Shown: positions 18,863 through 26,857 of the stretch, piece by piece | Layout: every line of letters begins with the position of its first letter | Position numbering within the stretch: position 1 is the first letter of the stretch | Source: a virus | Lineage: Duplodnaviria > Caudoviricetes | IMG/VR virus record: IMGVR_UViG_3300046689_000570 | Coordinates: 852-64,851 of that record | Length of the DNA: 64,000 bases | Reading direction: 5' to 3' (one strand) | Notes under the pieces: generated by a model | What the model saw: the letters and a program-made list of their open reading frames with translations, nothing else | What the model was told of the DNA's origin: nothing | Databases searched by the model: none | Made by a program: the position numbers and the translations under genes

Positions 18863-20146
18863 TCATACTCCGCCTGTGGTATCCGTCATCACTGGAGCCG
18901 AGGCCCCCTTACGACGCATGACGCCTGCCATCAGCGCCTGCTCACCCTTGGTCGGGTTGCCGACCTGCTCGCCGCGCATGATGATGCCGAAGCGGGTAGG
19001 GTCGAGGTTTGCCTGCATGTACTGGACGAAGCTATTCCAGGCGATCTCATCCGCGGGGTTCTTCATGGAGTTGTCGATGAACTGGGTGAACTGGCGGCTG
19101 GGACCCACGTTGTCGCGGCCGGGTCGATAGCCTGAACCCGTGCCTCCGAAGGTGTTCCCCAGGAAGTTCGCCACGTTCTGCTGACGCGTGTCCTCCGCGA
19201 TGCGTCCCGCCAGGGTAGGCATCCCGTTGGTGATGCCGTAGCCAAAGAGGCCGCTCAAGCCCAGGTTCGCGGCGTAGGTTGGCTCCGCGTTTCCGATCGG
19301 CTTCCCGTCGGGGCCAGTTGCCTGATAGGTACCCGTGAGGTTCGCCAGCGAGATACCGTACTGCGCCAGCCAGTTGGCCAGCTCATAGTTGAAGTAGCTC
19401 CCGCCATAGGGCGAAGTCGCGTAGCCGGGCCCGACGCCCGGTACACCCGGAATCCCCGCTTGCACTGGCCCCGGTACCTGCGGCACGTTCGCGGGGTTGC
19501 TATTGTCGGGTCCGTTGAATCCCAGACTCGCGGCGTGCTGAGTTGCGACGGGCATATCCGTCGAAGGCGTCAGGGCAGGCATCATCGGAGGACGGTACGC
19601 GCTGACTGCTCCGTAGCCCGGCCCATAAGAAGGAAGCGGCGGTGCGGGTGGGGGCGTATTGAACGAGTAGCCTCCTCCACGCTGCCAGTACGGTGTGTCG
19701 TCGGGGTTGGTCGGATAGACGTCCGAGCCAGGAGGCAAGTCCACTACCTCGGGACCGTTCTCGCCGACGACCGCAGGACCTCCCCAGGAGGTTCCCCCCT
19801 GCTGGAAGTGCGGGAGGCCGCCCGGCGAGAAGCCCATCTCGGGGTACGGCATCGGCTCTTGCGGCGCATCGGGTGGGGGGCCATAGGGAACGCCAGGATT
19901 GGTCGTCCACTTGTACTGCATGCCGCGCCCGGTGTTTGGCTGCAGCCCATAGCTCATGTGGGACTGCATATTCTGTTGCTGCTGACGCCGATACCACTCC
20001 TGATTGGCGCGGAGCTTCTTCTGGTAGGCGTCGTTATAGGCCGCGTTCTGCTGCTGGATCTGCTTGAGGGCGTCGGGGCTCGGGCCGAAGTAGCCGCCCG
20101 GCAGTGTGGTGCTCATGTCATGGGAAACGCCGGGATCTTCGGCCAT
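18863..20146 (-). CDS. Internal virion protein, Gly/Pro/Tyr-rich
   Basis: 427 aa; GGAGG RBS; contains FQQGG...AVVGENGPEVV, a motif seen in tape-measure and ejection proteins. Confidence 0.55.
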   Translation of the reverse strand: MAEDPGVSHDMSTTLPGGYFGPSPDALKQIQQQNAAYNDAYQKKLRANQEWYRRQQQQNMQSHMSYGLQPNTGRGMQYKWTTNPGVPYGPPPDAPQEPMPYPEMGFSPGGLPHFQQGGTSWGGPAVVGENGPEVVDLPPGSDVYPTNPDDTPYWQRGGGYSFNTPPPAPPLPSYGPGYGAVSAYRPPMMPALTPSTDMPVATQHAASLGFNGPDNSNPANVPQVPGPVQAGIPGVPGVGPGYATSPYGGSYFNYELANWLAQYGISLANLTGTYQATGPDGKPIGNAEPTYAANLGLSGLFGYGITNGMPTLAGRIAEDTRQQNVANFLGNTFGGTGSGYRPGRDNVGPSRQFTQFIDNSMKNPADEIAWNSFVQYMQANLDPTRFGIIMRGEQVGNPTKGEQALMAGVMRRKGASAPVMTDTTGGV

Positions 20147-20155
20147 GATGCCCTC

Positions 20156-20392
20156 CTAGTAGACGGAATCCTTCGTCGTAAGGAACCCTAGCACATGAGC
20201 CTTGTGTACCGCTTGTGCCTGGGTGTACACCCCGAGCTGATTGCGGATGCGCTCGACGTGCATCGCCGCAGTGCCTGCCGCTATGCCCAGCTTGTCAGCG
20301 ATCCCATGACGGTCGTTACCTTGAGCGATAAGCCGTAGGACCTCGATCTGTCGAGGACTGAGCTTCTCCCAGGGGCCGGCGTCGGCCGCCAC
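20156..20392 (-). CDS. Stand-alone LuxR/GerE-type helix-turn-helix regulator
   Basis: LSPRQIEVLRLIAQG...IADKLGIA..T...HVERIRNQLGV matches the LuxR C-terminal HTH consensus. Confidence 0.85.
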   Translation of the reverse strand: MAADAGPWEKLSPRQIEVLRLIAQGNDRHGIADKLGIAAGTAAMHVERIRNQLGVYTQAQAVHKAHVLGFLTTKDSVY

Positions 20393-20508
20393 TACTTCTT
20401 CTTTCCTTTCTTCTCCATCGCCTCGTTCTTGCGCTGAGCGATGCCCATGCGCTTGTCGCGGGCGATCTCGGCCTTGCTGTCCTTCTTCATTCCCATCTTC
20501 TTAGGCAC
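20392..20508 (-). CDS. Lys-rich microprotein (38 aa, MPKKMGMKKDSKAEIARDKRMGIAQRKNEAMEKKGKKK)
   Basis: Translated by hand; GTG start with AAAGGAGAG RBS; stop overlaps the LuxR start. Confidence 0.7.
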   Translation of the reverse strand: MPKKMGMKKDSKAEIARDKRMGIAQRKNEAMEKKGKKK

Positions 20509-20689
20509 GGTAACTCTCCTTTAGAACTGGCGGATAGAAACGCGAAGCCCGCGCTTCAAGGGGAACCGGGTCGATAATACGGTCCCGCTCAGGAGGGCGG
20601 CAAGGAGGACGGACCTCTGCGTAGGTCGTCGGTGGGACGAGGGGTGGATCCTGGACGACCGAGAGGATGTCCCAGATGTAGGCATGCAC
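20501..20689 (-). CDS. Small Pro-rich hypothetical protein
   Basis: 62 aa; GTG start directly after the upstream stop; fills the operon gap. Confidence 0.45.
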   Translation of the reverse strand: MHAYIWDILSVVQDPPLVPPTTYAEVRPPCRPPERDRIIDPVPLEARASRFYPPVLKESYRA

Positions 20690-20830
20690 CTACTTCTTGG
20701 CCTTCTTCTTGGGTACACCCGCCGAGCGCAGCGACATGGCGATGGCCTGCTTACGCGGGCGCCCCGCCTTGATCTCAGTGCGGATGTTCGCGCTAATAAC
20801 CTTCTGACTGGTTCCCTTCTTGAGGGGCAC
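20690..20830 (-). CDS. Basic microprotein (46 aa, MPLKKGTSQKVISANIRTEIKAGRPRKQAIAMSLRSAGVPKKKAKK)
   Basis: Translated by hand; GGAGG RBS; resembles the MPLKKG..S.NI...G....QA.A small proteins common near phage packaging genes. Confidence 0.75.
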   Translation of the reverse strand: MPLKKGTSQKVISANIRTEIKAGRPRKQAIAMSLRSAGVPKKKAKK

Positions 20831-21125
20831 TGTCATCCTCCGCAGGAGTATGGAAGAAGTCCTGCTCCATGGCGGGCACGACTTCTTTGAGCAGGCGCTC
20901 TACCCCGATGCGGGCGGCGAGTTCCAGCGCAGCCTGCGCGTTGAACCGTCCACCGGGGTAGAGCTTCGAGCGGTAGTAGGTCAGGGCCTCATCGCGGGGG
21001 GGCTTAGTCTGAAACCCCACTCCACCCGAAGCCTTGATCTGGGTAACCGCTCTCTTCACGCGCAGCTTGATCTGTTCTTCCGCGATCGTCGCCGCTCGTT
21101 CCGGCCGAGGCACCTCGCGCGGCAT
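20793..21125 (-). CDS. Hypothetical protein
   Basis: 110 aa; ATG directly after the upstream TAG. Confidence 0.6.
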   Translation of the reverse strand: MPREVPRPERAATIAEEQIKLRVKRAVTQIKASGGVGFQTKPPRDEALTYYRSKLYPGGRFNAQAALELAARIGVERLLKEVVPAMEQDFFHTPAEDDSAPQEGNQSEGY

Positions 21126-21513
21126 CTACTTCTTCTTCTTGGACTTGGGTCGGGATTTCACCGAAGTCTTCTTGACCGTGACGGTCTTCTTGCCCTTCTT
21201 GGGCTTTCCCATCGGTGGCATGCCAGGCATCATAAAGGGGGGCATGAGATTGTCGGGCACGGTCGGTCTCCTTCTTGGCCTTCGCCTTGGCCTTGGGCTT
21301 CTGCTCCATGGCCGCCTCGTTCGCTTCGGCGGAGACGTGACGCCGCGTGCCGGAGGTGTGGCGGAGAGCCGCCCCCACCATCTGGCCCCACTGTTCGGAG
21401 CTGAGTTCCACCTCTTTCATGGTGCTGTCGGGCATCGCCTCCTGCACCGCTACGGATCCATCCGGCCGCATCTGCAGGGCCCGGCCGGTCTCATCGCTCC
21501 AGATCGTCGTCAT
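21004..21513 (-). CDS. Hypothetical protein with a DUF397-like V-x-L-S-x-x-x-W motif; the 3' half overlaps two downstream genes
   Basis: ATGA-coupled start at 21513 with GAGGAGGAG RBS. Confidence 0.5.
   Translation of the reverse strand: MTTIWSDETGRALQMRPDGSVAVQEAMPDSTMKEVELSSEQWGQMVGAALRHTSGTRRHVSAEANEAAMEQKPKAKAKAKKETDRARQSHAPLYDAWHATDGKAQEGQEDRHGQEDFGEIPTQVQEEEVDAARGASAGTSGDDRGRTDQAAREESGYPDQGFGWSGVSD
21126..21260 (-). CDS. Met/Pro- and Lys-rich microprotein (44 aa, MPDNLMPPFMMPGMPPMGKPKKGKKTVTVKKTSVKSRPKSKKKK)
   Basis: Translated by hand; GTG start with AAGGAG RBS; stop abuts the next ATG; nested inside ORF 21004..21513. Confidence 0.65.
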   Translation of the reverse strand: MPDNLMPPFMMPGMPPMGKPKKGKKTVTVKKTSVKSRPKSKKKK

Positions 21514-21731
21514 CGTCTCCTCCTCGATTTCAGGTCTGACCATCCTAGTTTAACCGCGGGAGAGACCATCTCCGTGTGCGCCCAGATGCTCGTTGTAGCA
21601 GATACGACCCGCTTCCACTCGTCCGGGGTAAGTACCACGAAGCCTTTATCTGGAATGGTGAGCATAAGATTGCCGCCGGGGATGGGTTCTACTTTAAGGA
21701 GACCGTCAATCTCAAAGCCAGTGATCGGCAT
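21510..21731 (-). CDS. Small protein with a DUF397-like motif (VVLTPDEWKRVV)
   Basis: 73 aa; TAATG-coupled to the portal gene. Confidence 0.55.
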   Translation of the reverse strand: MPITGFEIDGLLKVEPIPGGNLMLTIPDKGFVVLTPDEWKRVVSATTSIWAHTEMVSPAVKLGWSDLKSRRRR

Positions 21732-23800
21732 TAGCGGCCACCCCCCGGTATCGCGTACTGCCCCTGCGGAGTCGCAGGTTGCATGGGCGTGCCGGGAGGT
21801 TGACCGGGGCCGGAGCCGACCGAGGCCACCGGCTGGTTCATGGAGGGCTGTTGCGGCATCCCTACCCCAGGGGCAAAGACCTGGCCGCGTCCAGTGTTGG
21901 GGACGCCCGGTTGACCGGCGCCCGAGGGGTTGTTCATAGCCAGGCCCAGCGATTGCGGGCCGTTGGCGGGGGCGCCCGGTTGGGGCGGCTGGCCTCCATA
22001 GCCCGCTTGCCCGAGCTGGCCCAGGCGGGAGAGGGCTTCCTGGAGCATTTCGTCCTGGCCCAGGTTGAGCTGTTGCAGGATCTCCTGGTCGATCTGCTTC
22101 TGTACCGGCTCGGACTTCATCACCCGCTCGACGTCGAGCTGAGTCATGATCTCATCGTAAGACTTCCCGAGCCGCTCGATGGCGCCGTAGTCGGATTCCC
22201 AGCCCGCCATCTTTTCATCCATGAGCTGCTTCACCAGCAGCGCGTCATTCGAAGGCGTAGTCGGCTGGATAATCACATGGTATTTACTCGCGCCCTGAAT
22301 ATCCTCCGGGGCGAGAGGTAGCCAGCGGGTGCGGTCCGACTTATCGAAGCCGGGCTGGCTCCACCGTTCGACGTAGACCGGCTCGCCAATTTGCTCGACT
22401 AGCATGTCCTCGATCGCAAAGCGGTGCGCGAGGGCCTTCTGCATGTTCTTGATGAGGGGGTCCCACACCAGCATATTCATGTGTACGCGCTGGTTGTGCG
22501 CGTAACCGCTCTCGGCGGGTCCGCCTCCGTAGGCACTAGCCGGGAGCAGCGGGGAGAGGAATCCTTCGAGGGAGTTCTGGAGCGCGATCAAGTCCTCGCC
22601 CGTGCGGGGCGGGTTCGCGAAGCGCACGCCGACCGGCATGATGTGGCCCGGTTCGAAGATCGGCTCGTCGTCCTGCTCCTCGTTCGTGGGGACCGACCCG
22701 AAGATTTCCTCCGGGTTGAGCCCCCCGAGCTGCCCGCCGCGTGGGACCCGCTCCAGGGGAGGCCAGCCCGTATAGAAGGCGACCTGGCCACGGGCGGTGA
22801 CCACCGCATCGAGCAGCGGGAGCACTTCCAGGAAGGCGTAGAGCACGCCCACGGATTCGAGTTCGGGATCGCGGCTGGAAGTGGGGACTCCCTGGGAGAT
22901 GGAGTAGGGCCCGCGCAGACAGCCAGTCTGCGGGTCACCGAGTCCATGCTCCATACACTCCAGTAGATATGCCTCAGCTTTGTCCCCCGAGACGTTCTCG
23001 ATCACGTAGTTGACGTGGGTGTCGTCCCACAGCTCGTAGCAGGGGATGAGGGTGTCGTCGCCAACGGTGAGGATCTGCCCGTCCTGGGCCAGCGGCAGGC
23101 CAAAAGCGCGGGGATTGATCCCCTGGATCTTCTCACCGAAGTCCGCCACCAGGCGGTTGTAGGGAACGTACTTGCACTCGGCCGCCATGGTGAGGCCCTG
23201 CTCGCCTCGGATGTAATAGAAGCTCTCCGGCGGCACGTCCGTCGTCACGATGGGGAAGGGCTGGTAGAGCTTGTAGTCCTCGGTCTGCTGGCGGTACTGG
23301 CGCCGGCGCTGCTCCGGGGTGAGCTTCGGGTTCTTTTGCAGGTCGCTGTAGAGTTGGCGGGAGAAGCGGTAGTAGGACGCCCACATGGTCTGCGACCGCT
23401 TCAGGGTCTTCTGGATACCCAGCCCCTTGGTGACGACGTTCCAGGTCCAGGGGTAGTAGATCGCCCGGCCGGCGTCCTCTTCCTGCCGCTCGAAGGCCGA
23501 CTCGTGCCACTGCTCCCGCTTGGTCGCGTTGGCGTCACCGACTTCTCCCTGGCGCAGCGGCGAGAACTGAATGCTAATGTCGTTGCTGCACAGGGTACTT
23601 GTAATGGTAGAAGCCGCAAACATACCCAACGGGGTGTGGGTCTTGAGGGCGTAGTAGTCGTAGGCTTCCGGGATGCGGATCTCGGTCTTCCCGAAGACGA
23701 GCTGGTCGATCTTCCTGAAGAGCTGGTCCCGTTTGGCAAAGCGGTCCTTGAGACTCAGGACGACGTCGATCACATCCTGAGGGTCCTTATACTGAACCAC
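21731..23800 (-). CDS. Portal protein
   Basis: 689 aa, two genes downstream of TerL; helical N-terminus, VVTKGLGI..., DVPPESFY, and a Pro/Gly/Gln-rich C-terminal tail typical of P22-like portals. Confidence 0.75.
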   Translation of the reverse strand: MVQYKDPQDVIDVVLSLKDRFAKRDQLFRKIDQLVFGKTEIRIPEAYDYYALKTHTPLGMFAASTITSTLCSNDISIQFSPLRQGEVGDANATKREQWHESAFERQEEDAGRAIYYPWTWNVVTKGLGIQKTLKRSQTMWASYYRFSRQLYSDLQKNPKLTPEQRRRQYRQQTEDYKLYQPFPIVTTDVPPESFYYIRGEQGLTMAAECKYVPYNRLVADFGEKIQGINPRAFGLPLAQDGQILTVGDDTLIPCYELWDDTHVNYVIENVSGDKAEAYLLECMEHGLGDPQTGCLRGPYSISQGVPTSSRDPELESVGVLYAFLEVLPLLDAVVTARGQVAFYTGWPPLERVPRGGQLGGLNPEEIFGSVPTNEEQDDEPIFEPGHIMPVGVRFANPPRTGEDLIALQNSLEGFLSPLLPASAYGGGPAESGYAHNQRVHMNMLVWDPLIKNMQKALAHRFAIEDMLVEQIGEPVYVERWSQPGFDKSDRTRWLPLAPEDIQGASKYHVIIQPTTPSNDALLVKQLMDEKMAGWESDYGAIERLGKSYDEIMTQLDVERVMKSEPVQKQIDQEILQQLNLGQDEMLQEALSRLGQLGQAGYGGQPPQPGAPANGPQSLGLAMNNPSGAGQPGVPNTGRGQVFAPGVGMPQQPSMNQPVASVGSGPGQPPGTPMQPATPQGQYAIPGGGR

Positions 23801-23840
23801 ACCCCGCTCCTCTTATAAAGTGCGAAAAACTGTGGGAATG

Positions 23841-24356
23841 TTAACCCCCCGTGATCTTATCCCGAATGGCGTCCTCATCAGAATAGGATTCAAGCGGTGT
23901 TTCAGCCAGAATCCGCGCGCACTCCTTGAAGAATCGCTGGGTAAGCCCGTTCGCACGCAGGGCAAAGCGGTGATAGGACGTGATCGCCTGGTTCACCCGC
24001 TCCTGGTTGCCCATCTCCAGCACCTCAACGATGCCGTTCAAGTAAATCTCAGGAGGGTCCATCGCCGGTTGCTGACGAGTGTCGGCCGTCTCTTGCAGGA
24101 ACCACTGCACCGCCTGCGCGACTTCCTGGTCCTTGAAGACGAGATCCTGTCCCGCGTAGCGGATGTGATACTCGGGGAGCTTGGAGGGATCCGCCTTGTC
24201 CAGGCCCAGCTTCTTGCGGGCCGCCTTCACGTAGACCATGTACTCCTCCCGGCTGAGGACTTCGAGGGACTGTAGCTCTTTGAGTTCCCGGAGCTTGGCG
24301 ATCACCTCGCGGGTAGCGGAACCGGACTCTTCTACCTTGACCTGCACGGTCTGCAC
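23841..24356 (-). CDS. Hypothetical protein
   Basis: GTG start at 24356 with AGGAG RBS; 171 aa. Confidence 0.6.
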   Translation of the reverse strand: MQTVQVKVEESGSATREVIAKLRELKELQSLEVLSREEYMVYVKAARKKLGLDKADPSKLPEYHIRYAGQDLVFKDQEVAQAVQWFLQETADTRQQPAMDPPEIYLNGIVEVLEMGNQERVNQAITSYHRFALRANGLTQRFFKECARILAETPLESYSDEDAIRDKITGG

Positions 24357-24366
24357 AGGGGTGCTC

Positions 24367-24591
24367 CTAGCGCGGAATGTACGAGCGGCCGTTGAAGACG
24401 ATGGCCTTGTTCGCCCACATCGAAGACTCTTCGAGGGCCCGGATGGCGAGGGTCCGCTCCGCACAGCCGGGGACGTTCTCCATCAGGGCCAGGTACGCGG
24501 CCTTGCAGGCTTCTCGCACTGCGGTGATCTTCTCGACGTGCTCCGGGGTAGGCGCCTGGTACTCGAATAGACTGGCGTCAGGCTCGGGCAA
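24367..24591 (-). CDS. Acb2/Tad1-like hairpin protein (putative cyclic-nucleotide sponge, anti-defence)
   Basis: FEYQAPT.E....I..VRE...P...ERTLAIRALEESSMWANKAI matches the Acb2/Tad1 hairpin pattern. Confidence 0.7.
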   Translation of the reverse strand: MPEPDASLFEYQAPTPEHVEKITAVREACKAAYLALMENVPGCAERTLAIRALEESSMWANKAIVFNGRSYIPR

Positions 24592-24594
24592 CTG

Positions 24595-26826
24595 CTATCT
24601 CCTCCGTCGCGTGGGGCGCCGGCGGGCTTCCAGCTCTCGCTTGAACTGCGACATGCCGCCCGTTCCAATCGAAAGGGGATCGTTCCGCTTGGCGTACGCC
24701 CCCATTGTAAGGCTTTGGCCCTCCTCGCGGTGAGCAAGACCTTTCAGGAGCACCGCCAGGTGAGCGATTCCCGAGAGCGTGTCGACCCAGTCGTCATGGG
24801 CCCCTCGTGGAAATTCGAGTAGCTCGGCCAGAAACGCCGGCCACCAGGACGCCTGGAGGTCCGCGTAGACTTCCCCGATCTCCGCCCGTCCGGCGGGGAG
24901 CTGCGCCCGGAGGGTCTTGTCGGTGACTTCGGGCACGGAGATGATCCGCACGGTGAGCCCGCGGGCGTGGAGCATCTTCATGACCCGTGCGCACAGGGCC
25001 TGAGTGGCGAGCCGCTTCGCAAAGGCTCCCGACCAGATGCCTATGAGAGGAGGCGTCGGATCCAGCCGCTCGATGTAGTGGGCGAGGGCGCCGGCCAGCC
25101 CCCTCAGATCATCCTCCCGCCAGTCCTTGAGTTCTTCGACGCGCGTCCGCCAGGCGTGCAGCAGGTAAAGCTCTCCCTGCGGCCCCACCCCGGCCGTCAG
25201 GGCGGCCGTCCAGTCGGCACTCTCCTTAGAAGAATAGGCCAGGTCCCACATCTGGATGATCTGGAGGTCACCGGGATCGAGATTCACAGGGAGGGGCTGG
25301 AACCACTCGGACCGAAAGAGGGCCCCCTCACGCGGCACGGGCCGCTGCTGGAGCTGCCCCGCGATCGCGAAGCTAGTCGCCAGCGCCCGCTTGAGTTCCC
25401 GCAGCTCCCGTGGCCCGAAGCGTTCCGGGCACAGCAGCTCGCCCGGTTCTGAACGCGGGTCCGTGTAAATCTCACAGTCGTCGTGAGGCTCGGGCTCGGA
25501 CGAGAACGCGGGCTGCACAGCTTGGTCGTCGGGGTGCTCGGACTCGTTGGACTCGTTTGGTGTAGTGGTGAAGAACTTCGAGATCCCCGGAATCTTGGGC
25601 AACAGCCCGATCCGCTCCGGGGCGTTAGGGGCGGGATTAGGATCCCGGCGCTTCGGCCCCTTACCCCCTGCCGGATTCGTTGGCCTTAAGATTAGGTTAG
25701 AGTTGTGCCTCGCGAAGAGGGCCCCCCGGAGCCGCTGCACGGCAAGACCCGCCCGTTCCTGAATCTCCCGGTCGGTAATCTCAGGACCCGCTTTTACCGG
25801 AGGCCCTGCGAGTCCCTTACCCCCCTCCTGGTCCGCTGAACTCTGGATTAGATCAGAGAGAGCGGTATCTAAGTCCAGGTCGAGGTCCCCCCAGTCATCA
25901 GGCGAGGGTCCGCTCAGGTCTTCTTCATGTTCGAGGGTCCAGAGAGGGTCATCTAACCTAATTGAAACATCAACTGATTCAGATTCGGGTAACTGAGTAG
26001 GAGAGGAGCTGAGTTGGGAAGAAGAAGTAGGATTAAGCAGATGTATGCGCGGTTCAAACTCCGCAGGCAAGCACAGGTGGTGATAGTCGCCGGTCTGAAG
26101 TAAATGGCCGGTGAGGTCTTCCGCGTGGACGCGCTGCATGATGATGACTTTGGCGACGGTCTTGGGGTCGTTACCTCTGGTGGACATGGTCTCGTCCCAC
26201 CACGTAGTCACCGCTTCCCGCATGATGGGGGACTCCGCCTCACGAACTTTATGAGGGTCGTCGGCGACTAAGCGATCGCCACCTTCTCCCGTACCGAGAC
26301 CACCTACGGAAGTCGCGATGCGATGACCGCCCTGATCGTTCTCGTAGCGGGTCTTCATGTTCTGGTCTGAAGTGAAGGACCACTGAGGGGAAAAGGCAGA
26401 GTCGTACCAGGGGTGGTTCATGAGGCGCCGGGAACGGACCGCGTCTCTAGTAGCCAGGGAGTCGGAGTAACTGGCGCACAGGTACTGGAGCTGCGGCTGA
26501 AAGGTCCACTCCCAGGTGGGCCAGAAGACGGAGACGAGAAAGCTCTTCATGTGGCGGGGCGGCACGTTGATGATCAAGTTCCTGAGCTGCCCCATCGACA
26601 CCGCCTCAAGATGCGCGCAGATGCAGTCGATATGCCAACTAGGAACAAAGTGCACACCAGGAGTCAACACCTGCCACGCTTGCTGTACATAGTCGCGTAG
26701 AGATAGCGGCGCCAGGTCTTGTAAAATTTTTTGGCGGTCACTATATGCAATAGGGGTCCCATACGCGGGTATTTTATTGCTAAGACGTGAGGCAGATGAT
26801 GATGTGACAGTAACGGGGGGCCCCAA
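24595..26826 (-). CDS. terL: Terminase large subunit (start uncertain) with a long internal insertion
   Basis: Walker A INVPPRHMKS, Walker B VADDPH, motif III IIMQR, nuclease motifs WDLA..DWTA and HDDWVD. Confidence 0.92.
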   Translation of the reverse strand: MGPPVTVTSSSASRLSNKIPAYGTPIAYSDRQKILQDLAPLSLRDYVQQAWQVLTPGVHFVPSWHIDCICAHLEAVSMGQLRNLIINVPPRHMKSFLVSVFWPTWEWTFQPQLQYLCASYSDSLATRDAVRSRRLMNHPWYDSAFSPQWSFTSDQNMKTRYENDQGGHRIATSVGGLGTGEGGDRLVADDPHKVREAESPIMREAVTTWWDETMSTRGNDPKTVAKVIIMQRVHAEDLTGHLLQTGDYHHLCLPAEFEPRIHLLNPTSSSQLSSSPTQLPESESVDVSIRLDDPLWTLEHEEDLSGPSPDDWGDLDLDLDTALSDLIQSSADQEGGKGLAGPPVKAGPEITDREIQERAGLAVQRLRGALFARHNSNLILRPTNPAGGKGPKRRDPNPAPNAPERIGLLPKIPGISKFFTTTPNESNESEHPDDQAVQPAFSSEPEPHDDCEIYTDPRSEPGELLCPERFGPRELRELKRALATSFAIAGQLQQRPVPREGALFRSEWFQPLPVNLDPGDLQIIQMWDLAYSSKESADWTAALTAGVGPQGELYLLHAWRTRVEELKDWREDDLRGLAGALAHYIERLDPTPPLIGIWSGAFAKRLATQALCARVMKMLHARGLTVRIISVPEVTDKTLRAQLPAGRAEIGEVYADLQASWWPAFLAELLEFPRGAHDDWVDTLSGIAHLAVLLKGLAHREEGQSLTMGAYAKRNDPLSIGTGGMSQFKRELEARRRPTRRRR

Positions 26827-26857
26827 CCCCGCCCCGCTCCCGCCCCCTCCTGCGGGC

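Noticed and set aside
25480-26055. Intein in TerL
   Set aside because: No recognisable N-terminal splicing block, no HN-[CST] junction and no LAGLIDADG motifs; kept only as an unexplained insertion
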